A stretch of DNA of 63,992 nt, filler included, from Neoconidiobolus thromboides FSU 785 (lineage: Eukaryota; Fungi; Entomophthoromycota), in NCBI GenBank assembly GCA_025603075.1. It is 5 parts of 5 records of this genome, joined end to end, with 100 filler letters (N's around TTAATTAATTAA, not from the genome) between each part and the next. Parts side by side here need not be neighbours in the genome. Positions count along the whole stretch, not along the records: positions 1 to 8,354 come from MU626685.1; positions 8,455 to 22,845 come from MU626605.1; 3 more parts are not named here. One strand, 5' to 3'. The notes under the pieces were generated by a model, which was given only the letters and a program-made list of their open reading frames with translations, had not been told where the DNA came from and made no database searches. A program made the translations under genes and the position numbers. The first letter of the stretch is position 1, and the number at the start of each line of letters is the position of its first letter. Of the stretch, positions 1 through 12,375 are shown one piece after another.

Positions 1-464
1 TGTGAAATATCACTTTGTCAGTCCTATGGTTAATTATAGCATAACAATCGCCTAAGCTGTTGTGTTCTCGATTATAGAGACAATTAGTCTCATGCTCTTA
101 TTCTGATTTTCTAAGAGAATTTCTACCTTCATCTCAAACAATGCAATCCTCTTGTTTTGATATTTATACTTTTCAGAGTATAAAAGATATTTTAGAGTAT
201 AGTAGTTCAAGGCTTTTTAACTGAATTATTCTCTGATATCTTGAACATTTAATAAAGTCACTAAGTTTTCTTAATGGTATTTTACGTAGATCTTAAACTA
301 GAAGTGTCTATTCTATTTGTTTTACATAGTCTGTAGCCTATTACGTGCTATTCTTCATAATCCAAGTCTATCTTAGTCACATAAACCAAGACCTTTCAAC
401 TTACAGTATAGTTAACTAGGCAATGGCTGCTCTTGACTCTAAACATTGAGTACCAGATTTCACA
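1..464 (+). mobile_element. Solo-LTR-like repeat, family B (464 bp)
   Basis: Starts TGTGAAAT and ends ATTTCACA (TG..CA, 8-bp inverted termini). Diverged reverse-complement copy at 22481-22845; end fragments at 62722-62820 and 63894-63992. Strand is relative only. Confidence 0.65.
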
Positions 465-696
465 TTATGCATAAATTTGCAGACATTTAATTTTGGTAAT
501 AAAATTACTTGAATTAAATCGAACTTGTTATATGAATTATAATCAATTTAAATGCTTATTATAATATAACTGATTATTGAATTAATAAAGTAATATTTTT
601 TATATAAGTTTATTAATATAGTAATTTTGTTAGTAGTTTTGATTTTAAAAATAATGACGTTAAATAATATATTAACATTTTAAAGTTCTTATTATT

Positions 697-803
697 ATAT
701 GGGGATGTATTTTTTTGTTTAAGAACTTTACTAACAATCTTTCCACTCAAATAGCGCTTAAAAAATGAAAAAAATAATGAAACCAAAAAAAACATCCCCA
801 TAT
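697..803 (+). mobile_element. MITE-like family A copy
   Basis: ATATGGGGATGTATTTTT...AAAAAAACATCCCCATAT termini, core AAATAGCGCTTAAAAAATG. '+' means the GGGGATGTATTTTTGTGTTTAAG end is on the left. Confidence 0.85.
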
Positions 804-1513
804 ATTTTTAAGTTTATTTAATAATTGTTATTATATTTGTTTAAATTTAAAATTATTAAAATAGAAATTTTAAATATATATTAATAATGTTTAGTATTAA
901 AACGAGGCTAGGAAATAATATTTTTATATTTATTTCATATACATTCATTATTTGTAAATACTCTATAACTGATGTAAAAATTTTGTAGAAAAAATAAAAA
1001 AGTTTATTTTTTTATTACATAGTATAATATAAATTTAGCATTTATAATTTAAAAATTTAAAGTTTACAAATAGTTATTTTCTTATAAAACTGAGTTTAAA
1101 AATAATTATACATTTAATAAGTTTAAGTTTAGTTTTAATAAAGGATTTAAAGTTATAATTAAATTTGAAATTTTAAGTCATATTAATTAAGTTATGCAAA
1201 TAATTTCCAAAGTTTATAATTTAATTATTTGATATGAAATTTTTAAAAAACTATCAAGTAAAACTAGACAAAGAACATCTTAATATAAATTATTAAACTT
1301 AAGTAAAAAAATATTTTTATAACATTTAGTGCTTAATGTAATTTTGCTAAAACCAGGATTAGATAAAATTTTAGCTGAATTTTTACACTAACCCATTTCT
1401 ACTCAAATTTATCGCCACCAATCAAAGGTTAATTTAAATCAATGATCTATATTTTTTTAAAAAGGTAAATTTAAAATGACTGTTTTTCAATTTTAATTAT
1501 TTCAAAAAATTCA

Positions 1514-4460
1514 ATGAATTCAACGATAGTAATAAAAGAGGATCTAAAAAACAATATAGAATTGGAGGCTAAAAAAATGGAAGGTAAGGAGTTTTGTAAC
1601 TTTAGTTGAGTGATAGTTAGTTTGATATAAATAAATAGAGATTGTTAGTAAAGAAGTAGCAGCTGGTAATGATAGAGTAGTTGATAATGAAAAGAATTAG
1701 AATTGATTTAATTTTATTTGATAGAAAAAAAACAAACAAGGAAGAAGCCACGACAGTGTAAATTATTAAAAAGACTAGTTAAATAAAGTATTAATTTTAA
1801 CATTTATTTAGTCACTGCGAGTAATAAAGTAAATATATATGCAATTTGAATTTTCAAAAAAGAATTTGAGTTTATTAAAAACAATAGGAAAAAACAATCG
1901 AAATTCGAAATGGAAAGTTAATATTTAATGAGCCTTTATTGAATTTATTAATTCATGAGGATACTATTATTGGTAAATATTAAAGAATCATTAAAGTTTA
2001 ATGGGAAATAATATTGATGAATGAATTATAGAGTTGGCTCAATTTCATTTAATAAAACGAAATACAATAATTACCAATTCTTATCAATTGGAAGATCAAT
2101 TGAATCAGTTCAAACCTTTGATTGCTAAACTAATACAAGGAAGGTAAATAATAATAATAGTAGCAATAAAATAGAGGGATAAAATAAAGAGATAAAATAA
2201 AATTTACTTTTTCAAAATAGTGATAAAACAATTACAGATTTGGCTTTATTTTTAAAAGGAATACTATGTCCAACAGGTTTCCTTGTTAAAGATAAATGGG
2301 AAGGTAATAGTTATATAATATAAAGAATAAATCATCTCTAAAAATAACAAAATAAATAGATATTTTAGTACCTGAATTACTAGAAAATATAATTCAGAAA
2401 TTAGCAAGTAGAGTTAGCTATGGTATACCAATTAGAATAGCTGATTCGGAAGATTATTCAATACCAGAAGTAAGGAGAAGAAACTTGATTTATATTATAA
2501 CATCGGTAATAACAAAATCAATTAGGGATTAACAGTATATCGATGGGAATGTAAAGATTTGAATTCAAACTTTAAAGAGGATATTATAACTTTAATTAAC
2601 AATAGAAAACAATTGAGATTAGAGGTATTATTTTTTAGTTATTTTATAACTAAATTAACTTTAAAATTGTTCTATTATTTTATATAGTTAGTTAAAGAAG
2701 CTGTTAAATTATATAGTGAATTATCGATTGAAGATCAAGAATACGTAGTTTTACAAGCTACAATTACTAAAAAGAAACGTAAACATGAAGCAATACCTGT
2801 TCTTATTGATGTTAATGTATTTGAAAATTATTTTTATTTACTATGAATTCTGATCTTTATTTAGATGGAGTTAAAACCTAATGAAGCTAAAGCTAATCAA
2901 ATAACTATTAATGAAGCCAATACAGCTAAAATGGCCAAAGTAAATGAAGAGAAAAAGAAACAAACAACTAAATCAAGCGAGGAGAAGAAGAAACAAATGA
3001 ATAAAATCAATGAAGAAAAGAAGAAACAAATAAGTAAAACTATTGAAGAAAAAAAGCTACCAAGAGTAATTCATAAAAATTACTTTTCATCTATTTACTA
3101 ACTATTAATTGATTATAGCATACAGTTAGTATTAAAGGATTTTTTACAGTTAAAAAGGACACGATAGATTCAAATAATAGTAACGAAAGTAATGTTAGAG
3201 AGTTTTAACTTTGTTGGAGTTTTTTTTTATTTTTTTTATTTAGAAAATACACAATTGCCCATTATTTCTGATTATGAAAAATATTTTCATCCATTTCGAG
3301 TCAAACAAGGAGTTTATATTGCAAAATCGTTAGGAATTAACAATAACAAATTCGATTTAGTAGATAAAATTAATAGTTGTAAGAATGAAGGTAAGTTAAA
3401 GAAGAATAAATTAACCAAAAGATAATTAGTGTTTAAAAATCTCAAATTTTTGTTTAGATTATAATAATGAGATGTTAAAAGAAATACAAAATAAATTAAA
3501 AAGTGTAAAGAAAGAAGTAAATAAAGATATGAAAGAGTATCTAAATCATATGAATGATATGGATTCAATAAATTCTGAAGATGATTCTAGTATTATTATG
3601 TTATCAACAGAAACTACAGGCTATAAGCCTAAATTGTTAATGTTTCATGAAAATGTTCGACCACCCTTCTTTGGTAAATTAAGCTATGATTTTAGTAATA
3701 CATAAATGAAACTAACTCAAACCATTTTACTTTTATTATTATATAATAGGTGTTTGGTTACCTCAAAGTAACAAAATAAAACCCCGTAATTTTAAAAACA
3801 AAGATGAGGAGTTATTAAACTATGAATTTGATTCTGAATTGGAATGGCAAGAAGAAGATGAAGAAGGTGAACTATTAGATGATTCAGATGAAGATGAAGA
3901 TGAAGATGACGAAGATTTTAACAGTCAAAACAATAATAGTGAAAGTGAAAATGATGTAATTTTATAATTAATATATGGTGATAGAAGCGTGTTAATATTA
4001 TGGATTATTTTTAGGATTGGTTGATTGAAGAGGATGGTGAAGAAGAAGAAGATATTGATAAGGAGACAAAAAAAATGAGTAAGCTATTTTAATTTACTTA
4101 ATCACCTTAATTAATTAACATTTTATTTTTAGACGTTGTTAACAAGTCAAAAGTATGATAAAATAATTTTGTTTCAATTATGTTTATTTTAATCTTTACT
4201 ATTTTTTAATATAGCGTCGTCAACCTCTGGTTTTAAATCCAATTTTAGTAGGTGTTTGTTGCTCTTCAGAGGTCAATGAGAATATTAAAATTAAACAATT
4301 ACCAATTTCAAATTTTGCCTATTCACTTGTGCAAGGCAAGTATAGTTTTTTGTAATGATAAGCGTTACTAACATTAATGGTTTTTCTAGATGGCATCAAG
4401 CTACCATTAGATCCTTTTGAACCAATAAGTAGTAGTACAACTTTGGAAAGAGGAGGATAG
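1514..4460 (+). CDS. CAC1: Chromatin assembly factor 1 subunit A (p150/Cac1/Rlf2-like), multi-exon
   Basis: EEKKKQ coiled-coil repeats (2865-3060), KPKLLMFHENVRPPFFG (3625-3675), LLNYEFDSELEWQEEDEEGELLDDSDEDEDED (about 3812-3915) matching the CAF1A domain; N-terminal LASRVSYG and YRWECKD exons. Start and stop are approximate. Confidence 0.85.
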
Positions 4461-5641
4461 TATTATTGATGGTTAAAGGATTTTGAAGTCACAGTTTTAT
4501 GTCATAGGGATTTGGGGGATTTGTTAGTTATATAGGGAAATAAAAAACTATCTATTTTATATTATTTTTCTAAAAGTTCAGTCAAAATCATTTCTATTTT
4601 TCAATTTTTTTAGCATATACGCCACATGCTCACGTGGCTTAAGATTAAAAAGTTTGTGTAATGAATTTTTTTTGTTTTTTTGTTTTCCAAAAAAAATAAG
4701 CATCCAGGTCACGATAGTAACAGCACTAATCCAATCTTTAACAAATGTCATAGCTAACTATTACTCCGTCTTAACAAACAATCTAAAGATTTAAATCTCA
4801 ATTGCAAAAAAGTTTCTTCAATTCTCCAAGTCTTGATATTTCAAACTCGTTTCAATAATTCCAACTATCCTTCAAATAAAATGTAAGTGATTTTGAATCT
4901 GCTAATGTATTTCTTGGTAAGTTCGTTTTTTATTTTACCTTTAATAACACCAATTGATCTCTTTTCTAGGCAGAGGCAATGAAAAGTATTTTATTAACTT
5001 TATGACATGACCTAAACTCAAGCCCAAAGTTAAGAAAGGACTAGTAAGTTTATAACGTTAACACAAGAAAATAACTATTTATATAAAGATTAGTTTAACT
5101 ACTAATTTCGTACCTTATGAGCTACCTGTTGTTTAAGAAACATCTGGAGAGACTAAGGTAATATGTACAGAGCTAAAATATATCTTGGTGCTTATAGTGA
5201 AGTACAAAATTGAGCGTAAAATTCCTAACAAATTTTATCTATATACATACATAACAATATAATAGCTCAATCAACCAATCAACTCCTTTTCTCTCTAAAT
5301 GCTAACTTAGTAGTGTTTTTACAAGTAACAAAAACTTATACGTTAAGTCAGCTGAATTTAACCAATTTATAACTTATGACTTATTAGTTGACCTTTCAAC
5401 ATTCTCCAAGATATTTTTTAAACAACTACTACTTTATTATTCCCACTTTTTAATTCCCACATCCATTTTAAACAATATAAAAATGTAACAAACTTTATAA
5501 GTAAATATATGAAGTTTATTAAACTTTTATAAGTAATAACTAAGAAAAAATATTCTTATTTCCCTATGCAATATTATTTATCAATAAAACTGGATAACTC
5601 AATTGCAATAGGTTAGTTAATCGATATTAAAAGAATAATAC

Positions 5642-5747
5642 ATATGGGGGTGTTTTTTTGGCTTCATTACTTTTTCCATTTTTTAAGCACTGTTTGAGCA
5701 GAAAAATTATTAACAAAATTATTAAACACAAAAATACATTCCCAGAT
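5642..5747 (-). mobile_element. MITE-like family A copy
   Basis: ATATGGGGGTGTTTTTTTGGCTTCATTAC...AAAAATACATTCCC. Confidence 0.8.
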
Positions 5748-6020
5748 CTAATTTTTAAAAAGCACAAAAGAGAAAAATATATAAAAAATGAAAATATAAA
5801 GTATTAGGTACTTATGTTTTACTAAATATAACAAACTATATTGCTATCCATTATCTGATAAATTAAGAAAAAGTGATATAAGTCTAATTAAAATTATAAA
5901 ATTTATAAAAAATAAAAAAATAAAAACATCAGCTCCAGCTTATTTTATAAAAATAATATAAATTTAAAAGTTTCAATATTTACTAAGTAATTTCTTAAAT
6001 GATAGAAATTAGTTATTAAA

Positions 6021-6443
6021 TGCTAATATCAATTAAATGATTAATAAAGTTAATAAATAATCAAAAAGTAAGTAATTACAGTAACAATTAAAGGATATTA
6101 TATTGTATGTATTTATAAAGATAGTTAGTTATAGCTCTGGGGTTACCCATTCCCTCCTATATAGCTATTTATTAACTTAGCAATATATTAATAATGTAAT
6201 TATAACATTAAAATGATCTGTTTGTTTATTTGATACCAAATTTACAATGTTGGCTATAAAGCAATCAATAATCAATATTTCTCAATGAAGTTTCACAGAA
6301 ACATATATTTATTTACATACTACAACTTTGATTAATATTAACATATAGTTTGTATTAATAAAAGCCTTGCTAATCTGGGGATTTTTATTAAATTTAGTTA
6401 AAATTCTGCTAACTTACAGTATAAATTATAATAAAGTTCAACA
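6021..6443 (+). mobile_element. Solo-LTR-like repeat, family C (~423 bp)
   Basis: TG..CA bounded (TGCTAATA...TTCAACA), flanks TTAAA/ATAAA (possible imperfect 5-bp TSD). Reverse-complement homolog at 22043-22479, partial copy at 8455-8605. Confidence 0.5.
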
Positions 6444-6663
6444 ATAAAAAAGATGAAATTGAAGCAGCATTTTTTATTAGCAGTAAAGTATTTGAAAATA
6501 TTAAATTAATTTCCAAAGTGACCCTATTAACTGTTAATGAAGTGCCTGAATTTTCCAAAGTAATGTCCGAAGTAAAGTGCTTAAATAGTTATGAAACAGC
6601 TAAAATCATTAAGCTGTTATCCAAAACAGTCTAATCAACCGGTAATAAGATATTTGAAGCAGT

Positions 6664-6770
6664 ATATGGGGATGTATTTTTTTGTTTAGGAATTTTACTA
6701 ACAATCCTTCCATTCAAATAGTGCTTAAAAAAACGGAAAAGTAATGAAATAAAAAAATATATCCCCATAT
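6664..6770 (+). mobile_element. MITE-like family A copy
   Basis: ATATGGGGATGTATTTT...ATATCCCCATAT. Confidence 0.85.
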
Positions 6771-7173
6771 TCAGACCATAGTAATATTGTTAAAGCAGTA
6801 TCCGGAATAGCTCAATTATCTACCAAATCAACTCAAAAAATGTCTAAAGCAACTGTTGTTACCTCAGACAACGAATTTCATAATAATAATGATGTTCTAG
6901 GAAATAACAGACGATATAACAAAACCTTTTTATAAGTTTATAGATACTTTTATTGATAATATTAAAAACATAGTTAAGGCTATCATAGGGAAAGGTTGAA
7001 ACAAGATAATAGAATACGGAATGATTTTGTATACTAGATAGCTTCAAAGCTTATATCCAAGTTGATAAAAAGATAATAGTAATGTAAGGTTAGGCAAATA
7101 AATCAAATTATTGTTTACAAAATTACAGTTTTAAATGTTGAATTTCATTTTTTATTATCATAAAATAAGAACC

Positions 7174-8324
7174 TTAAAAAATTGGAATATAATGATGAAT
7201 CTTATCTTTTTGTTGCTGAGAAATACATTCAGCAATCCAAACTATATTACGTATCTCTTGCTCCTTTAATTTAAAATAAGCATAAAATAAGCCATAGTGG
7301 AATTGCTGTAAAAAGGTATCCTTGTTGAGTTCCACTTCATATTCAAAAAATCGATCTTCTAATGTTTTTCCTTCCCCATCATTTACCCCTAATCCAGAAT
7401 CAAATAAATTACGGTATTCCTAAAATAGTTTGAAATTCAATTACTGTTATTATTAATATAGATTTCTAATAAACTTACAGCAACAAAATCACAACTACCC
7501 TTTACTTGATCAAAATCATCTACTTTAGAAAGCTTAGCACTTCCTTCTGGGAAAAGTCGACCTAAGGAGGGAAATAATTTGGCACGATCATCTTTCGAAA
7601 GTTCAGTACCAAAAGAATTGATAGTGATATTGATAGTACGTCTATCTGCCTCAAACTAAATTGAAAAAAGTATTAAAACTTGAACCTAGAAAAGTTTAAT
7701 AACTTACTTTTAATATTTCCCCCATAAGCTCAGCTGTCGCACCACCAATTCCTTGGCAAAACTGATAAAAGTCTTCCAAATACGCTTTGTATAATGTGTT
7801 ACGAATGATTTCAATATTGAGCTCATCCAAGTCTTGTGCTGATAAGCAGTTACGAAAATAAGGTGCTATAAATTATTCAAAGTTAGTTTATTTTTACTAA
7901 TAAATAAAGTATTATCTTACCAAGTGGTGTTTCAACTAACACAGTATTATATAATTCTGCTACATTGGTAGCAATACATAGGGCTGGCATAGACTCAAAG
8001 ACACCAATAGGATGACAGCGCTCAATCAGCTCGTTGGTATCACGTTCATGTAAAGTACCAGTGATTAATAAGATGACGTTGTCAATCATGTAACCGTAAC
8101 TAAAAAACAAGCAAAGTTAGAGTAAACTAATAACAATAGCTACTAAAATTACCTAATATAATCTAAGAACTGCAACAAGTCGCCACTAGCTTGAGAACGA
8201 ATATATTTGTATTCTTCTACTAGTTTTTCAGTACATTTTTCAGAGATGGTGGATGTGGCTATGGGTGAAGCTTCATTTTGAATTAAAGTACCATAATCTG
8301 TGGCTCCTAACTGGACTTTGAGAT
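7174..8324 (-). CDS. VMA6: V-type ATPase subunit d, 5' end lost in gap
   Basis: [56 protein letters not shown]...YIPIF*; several short introns. Confidence 0.95.
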
Positions 8325-8354
8325 CTTTTAAATTCAGTATTTTAATTTTAATTT

Positions 8355-8454
8355 NNNNNNNNNNNNNNNNNNNNNNNNNNNNNNNNNNNNNNNNNNNNTT
8401 AATTAATTAANNNNNNNNNNNNNNNNNNNNNNNNNNNNNNNNNNNNNNNNNNNN
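8355..8454. other. Artificial contig-join spacer (N44-TTAATTAATTAA-N44)
   Basis: Identical 100-bp pattern at four places; the 12-mer supplies six-frame stop codons. Confidence 0.95.
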
Positions 8455-8605
8455 ATTATAACATTAAAGTAGTTTATTTATTTGATAATAAATCTACAAT
8501 GTTGGTTATAAAGCAGTTGATAATAAATATTTCTCAATTAAGCTTTATAAGAACATGTATTTAAGATCTAGTAGAAATTCAACTAACTTACAGTATGAGC
8601 TATAA
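8455..8605 (+). mobile_element. Partial, internally deleted family C repeat
   Basis: ATTATAACATTAAA...TACAATGTTGGTTATAAAGCA...AACTTACAGTAT aligns with 6200-6422; begins at the contig edge. Confidence 0.55.
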
Positions 8606-8701
8606 TAGAATGATTTAGAACTGTGTTTGGGTACTTTTGTTTTAATAAAAGATGTGATTTTATAGAATTTTAAGCGAAGTTTTTAAAATACAAAATTTTT
8701 C

Positions 8702-8745
8702 AAAAATTGGATAAAATAATGAAACTAATTCAGACAACCCCATAT
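8702..8745 (+). mobile_element. Variant family A terminus
   Basis: AAAAATTGGATAAAATAATGAAACTAATTCAGACAACCCCATAT resembles the right end of family A; similar variant end inverted at 21994-22041. Confidence 0.45.
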
Positions 8746-8978
8746 ACTCAACTCTACCTTCATCCCAATTCAAAAAAAATACAGCTTTGAATAGCATTTC
8801 TTAACAAAACCAATTAAATATACAATATCAACATTAATAATATCTATTAAAAATAACCACAGTCAAAATTTGATTCACTATTATCAATGTTATCACAATA
8901 CTAAGGCTGATACTGAAATAAATAAGGTGAAAGATGGTTTGAAACCAGTTTAAATAGACAAAATATTTTCAAAAGATT

Positions 8979-9081
8979 ATATAGGAGTGTTTTTTTGACT
9001 TCATTATTTTTTCCATTTAAGTGCCATTTAAGTAGAAAATTTGTTAGTAAAATTCTTAAATACAAAAATACATCCCCATAT
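8979..9081 (-). mobile_element. MITE-like family A copy
   Basis: ATATAGGAGTGTTTTTTTGACTTCATT...AAAAATACATCCCCATAT. Confidence 0.85.
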
Positions 9082-9591
9082 ACTAAATTAAGTTTACTTG
9101 AATAACTAAGAAATAGATTTTTTTAAACAAAAATAGTTTATTTTTATAAAATAAGTAACTTTATATTTGGATTGTACATTTTGAGTATTTTTTTTGAAGC
9201 CTATATTAATAAATATTAGTATTAAAAAAGTACAATTTTTAATAACATTAGTAATAGTGAATTGATTTTAATAAAAGCTAAAATAAAACTAAACATTAAA
9301 ATATACCTTTTTTATTCTTATAGATATATAGGTTATATTAATATAAGCTTTATAATTCCTATCAATATCATTTCTTTATTATAATTCACTATTTAAATTA
9401 TCTCAATAAATTAAAATATTAACCCAAATATTAATTTCGAGTAATTAATTACTATAAATAGAAATTCTATCTAATAATTAATAAATTATTATAAATTTTA
9501 AAAACAAAGAACATTAAAAATATAAAATAACAATCATAAATAAATTCAATCAATTCATACTCTTTTCTAAACTCTATAATTTTATAAGATC

Positions 9592-10473
9592 ATGTTTCCA
9601 CTTCTATTTCTACTGTTAATCAATTATATAACCAGTCAACATCGTATTGTCAATGGTGACGTTGCCAAACCATTTAGTTATACATTTATTGTTTCCATTC
9701 AAGAACAAGGAAGTCATTTTTGCGGTGGTTCCTTATTAGACTCTTCTACAATACTCACAGCTGCTCATTGTAAGCCTGAAAATCTTAATAATATCACGGT
9801 TCATATTCATCGATTTGATTTAAGTAAAACAGATAATGAAGAATCAGGGTTCAGTAGTGAAGTTCAACAAATTATTAATCATGAAGAGTATGATGAAGAA
9901 AATGTAGTAAATGATATATCTATTTGGAAACTAAAAAAAGAAATTTCAACGGAGGTAGAGTATCAAAGTGTTTTATTACCTGACAATAAGATTCAAGAGG
10001 ATTCAAAAATCAAAAATTTAACTGTTATTGGATGGGGTTATCAAGTTTATGAAACTGGAGAAACTGCTAAAGAGTTACAAGTAGCTAAAGTTAAACTCGT
10101 TGATGTTAATAAATGTGCTAAAAAATGGAAAGAATTTGGTTCATTAGATAAAAACAAAGTACTATGTACTAAATATCAACATAAAAAACAAAGTATTTGT
10201 AATGGAGATTCAGGGGGTCCTTTGGTTTTTTATGACAACAAAAAGAATGCCTACGTACAGATAGGTATTGTTTCTTTTGGTGAAGAAAAATGTGTCATTG
10301 ATAAAAATTTTCCAGATGGTTTTGTTAGAGTTCAATCGTATTTAGATTGGATTAATAAAACTAGAATTGGAACCAAAAGTGATAGTGACAGTAGTGAAGA
10401 GAAGTTAGCACCTAAAAATATATTACGTTCAATAACAAATCTTTTTTATACTGGTTATTCAAATGAATCTTAA
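9592..10473 (+). CDS. Secreted S1 (chymotrypsin-fold) serine protease, intronless
   Basis: Signal peptide, R|IVNG activation site, TAAHC, NDISI, GDSGGP catalytic motifs. Confidence 0.95.
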   Translation: MFPLLFLLLINYITSQHRIVNGDVAKPFSYTFIVSIQEQGSHFCGGSLLDSSTILTAAHCKPENLNNITVHIHRFDLSKTDNEESGFSSEVQQIINHEEYDEENVVNDISIWKLKKEISTEVEYQSVLLPDNKIQEDSKIKNLTVIGWGYQVYETGETAKELQVAKVKLVDVNKCAKKWKEFGSLDKNKVLCTKYQHKKQSICNGDSGGPLVFYDNKKNAYVQIGIVSFGEEKCVIDKNFPDGFVRVQSYLDWINKTRIGTKSDSDSSEEKLAPKNILRSITNLFYTGYSNES

Positions 10474-11046
10474 GTCAAATAAATAATAGGAATATAAGTT
10501 AAATTTGTTTTCTTATATTTTTTTTTATAATATTTATATTTGTTAAAATTCAACTTTATTACTGAATCTTATATATGTTCAAAAGTTTGATTTAATTTTG
10601 TTTAATTTAGATTTTAGCAAAAATTGCAAATTAAGTACTAAGTACTATAAAATATTTGTTTTTTTGCTTAATTTTAAGATAAGTAACCCATTAAACATTT
10701 TTTTAGTATTTGTTTTTTCAAAAATTTACATTACATAAAAAATAAGTGAAATAGAAAATCTTGTCCTTAATCTTAAGTTTTACTTATATATATGATGTTC
10801 TTTTAAATCAACCTAATTTGTTCTATTGAATTGCTTATGCCAAGAGTTTGTATGTATAAAAATTTCGCAATTTAAGTTGGAATTATAGCTATTACATAAA
10901 CATATAATGGATTTGATATTAATAATATAATTAGTATAAATTTAATTATTTAGTTTTATTTTTAATAAGAATTACTATTTCCTATTTGTAAATTAACTAT
11001 TGTTAATTAATTACTAATTGACAATAAATTTGTTTTTTAATAATTC

Positions 11047-11159
11047 ATGGGAAGGTATTTTTTGTTTAAGAATTTTAAATTTTACTAATAATTTTTCCAC
11101 TCTAATAGTGCTTAAAAGATGAAAAAAGGATGAAGCAAAAAAGAAAAACACCCCTATAT
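11047..11159 (+). mobile_element. MITE-like family A copy (diverged)
   Basis: ATGGGAAGGTATTTTTTGTTTAAGAATTTT...AAAACACCCCTATAT. Confidence 0.75.
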
Positions 11160-11432
11160 TCTTATACTTAAATCAACTTCTTCAATACTATTGTATATAT
11201 CTAAAAAAATAGAATATCTTATAAACTAATTTATTTAAATGTAATATATTGAAACTTACCTCATTTTTATAGGATAATGATATTAGAAGATAAAAATCTA
11301 TTTCCTAAAATTATTAATAGATTTATATAATATTACCTCTTATAAAATACCAAATAAAAAATAACACACTAAAGTATAAATAATAGGGGAACTTTAAAAC
11401 TACAAATATATATAAAAAAGCTATAACTTATT

Positions 11433-12375
11433 TTATTGATAATATTTAGGGGGTTGAGGCATACCAAAGCTACTACTGTTATTATACCCATTATTATTAC
11501 TATTGCTATTATTATTATATCCATTATTGTTATCATTACCATAACTCATGTTTGAAGGTTGAGGAAAAGGAAGTTTACTATCATTATAATAATTACTATT
11601 ATGATTCATATTACTGTTACTATTATAATTCGTATCATTGTTATAACCATTATTATGACTCATATTATTATTATAGTTTTCATTACCATTATTACTATAG
11701 ATATTGTGTTCTTTACCATGTTTTTCATTACCATAGCCATTATTGTTATTACTAACATAACCATAATTTCCATTATTATTATTATTAGAATAATAATTAG
11801 CTTCCGCTAATAGTTTATTATTCATTCTTTCTTCTTCTTCTTTTAGCTTTTGATTTTTCTTTTCATTTAAATGTTCATTTAATTTATACCCACCATAAGC
11901 TAACCCTGCTACAGCTGCTAAACCTCCGCCTACACCTGCAACTACCTAAATTTAAGGGTTAATTAATTGAATTCATTACTTTCTGTTTTTTTTAGTAAGT
12001 ATAAAAAATTAAACTTACCTTCCATGGTTCAACGCCTGAATCTGCATTTGGCTTTCCATCATTATTATTTTGACTATGATTATTATTACTATGTTGATTC
12101 CCATTATAAAAATTAGGATCTTCTAAAGGTTTATTTGGAGTTGGGAATATTACACCTTGATTGTTATTATTGTAATTGCTATTATTATAGTTATTATTAT
12201 TATTATTATTATTATAATTTCCTTGATTTTTCAATTGTTCTAATTGTTGTTGTTGATATTGATTAATGCTTTGATTGTGATTATTAATAATTTGATTTTG
12301 TAAATCAACTTGAGCTTGTAATTGTTGTTGTTGGATTTGTTGTTGCTGGGCTAAATAATCGTTATAATTATTCAT
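11433..12375 (-). CDS. Orphan Q-rich / glycine-zipper / N-Y-G-rich low-complexity protein, paralog 1 (2 exons, ~289 aa)
   Basis: Exon 1 12375-12019 ends EPWK|GTAAG; exon 2 11945-11433 begins VVAGVGGGLAAVAGLAYGGYKLNEHL. Same structure as 18630-19532. Confidence 0.8.

Noticed and set aside
1-464. Alternative genetic code (TAA/TAG=Gln) suggested by stop-rich readable frames in repeats
   Set aside because: All intact genes end in TAA/TAG/TGA and have no in-frame stops in exons.
613-801. 62-aa ORF, and similar ORFs at 63021-63209, 24681-24926 and 63706-63915
   Set aside because: They are read through family A repeats; no protein signal.
4700-5480. Possible Copia RT (EFEISRLGELKKLF) or LINE remnant on the minus strand
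   Set aside because: Short partial motif matches only, no YxDD, many stops; cannot be assigned by eye.
6445-6950. Coding-like plus-strand stretch interrupted by the family A copy at 6664-6770
   Set aside because: No start, internal stop, no recognisable motif; removing the element does not restore one frame, so it cannot be used as TSD evidence.
11552-11810. Tyr/His-rich and Ile-rich plus-strand ORFs (also 18575-18847, 19085-19336, 37070-37312, 38480-38749, 46316-46498, 48215-48451, 50017-50208, 57984-58199)
   Set aside because: Antisense or alternative-frame shadows of low-complexity real exons.
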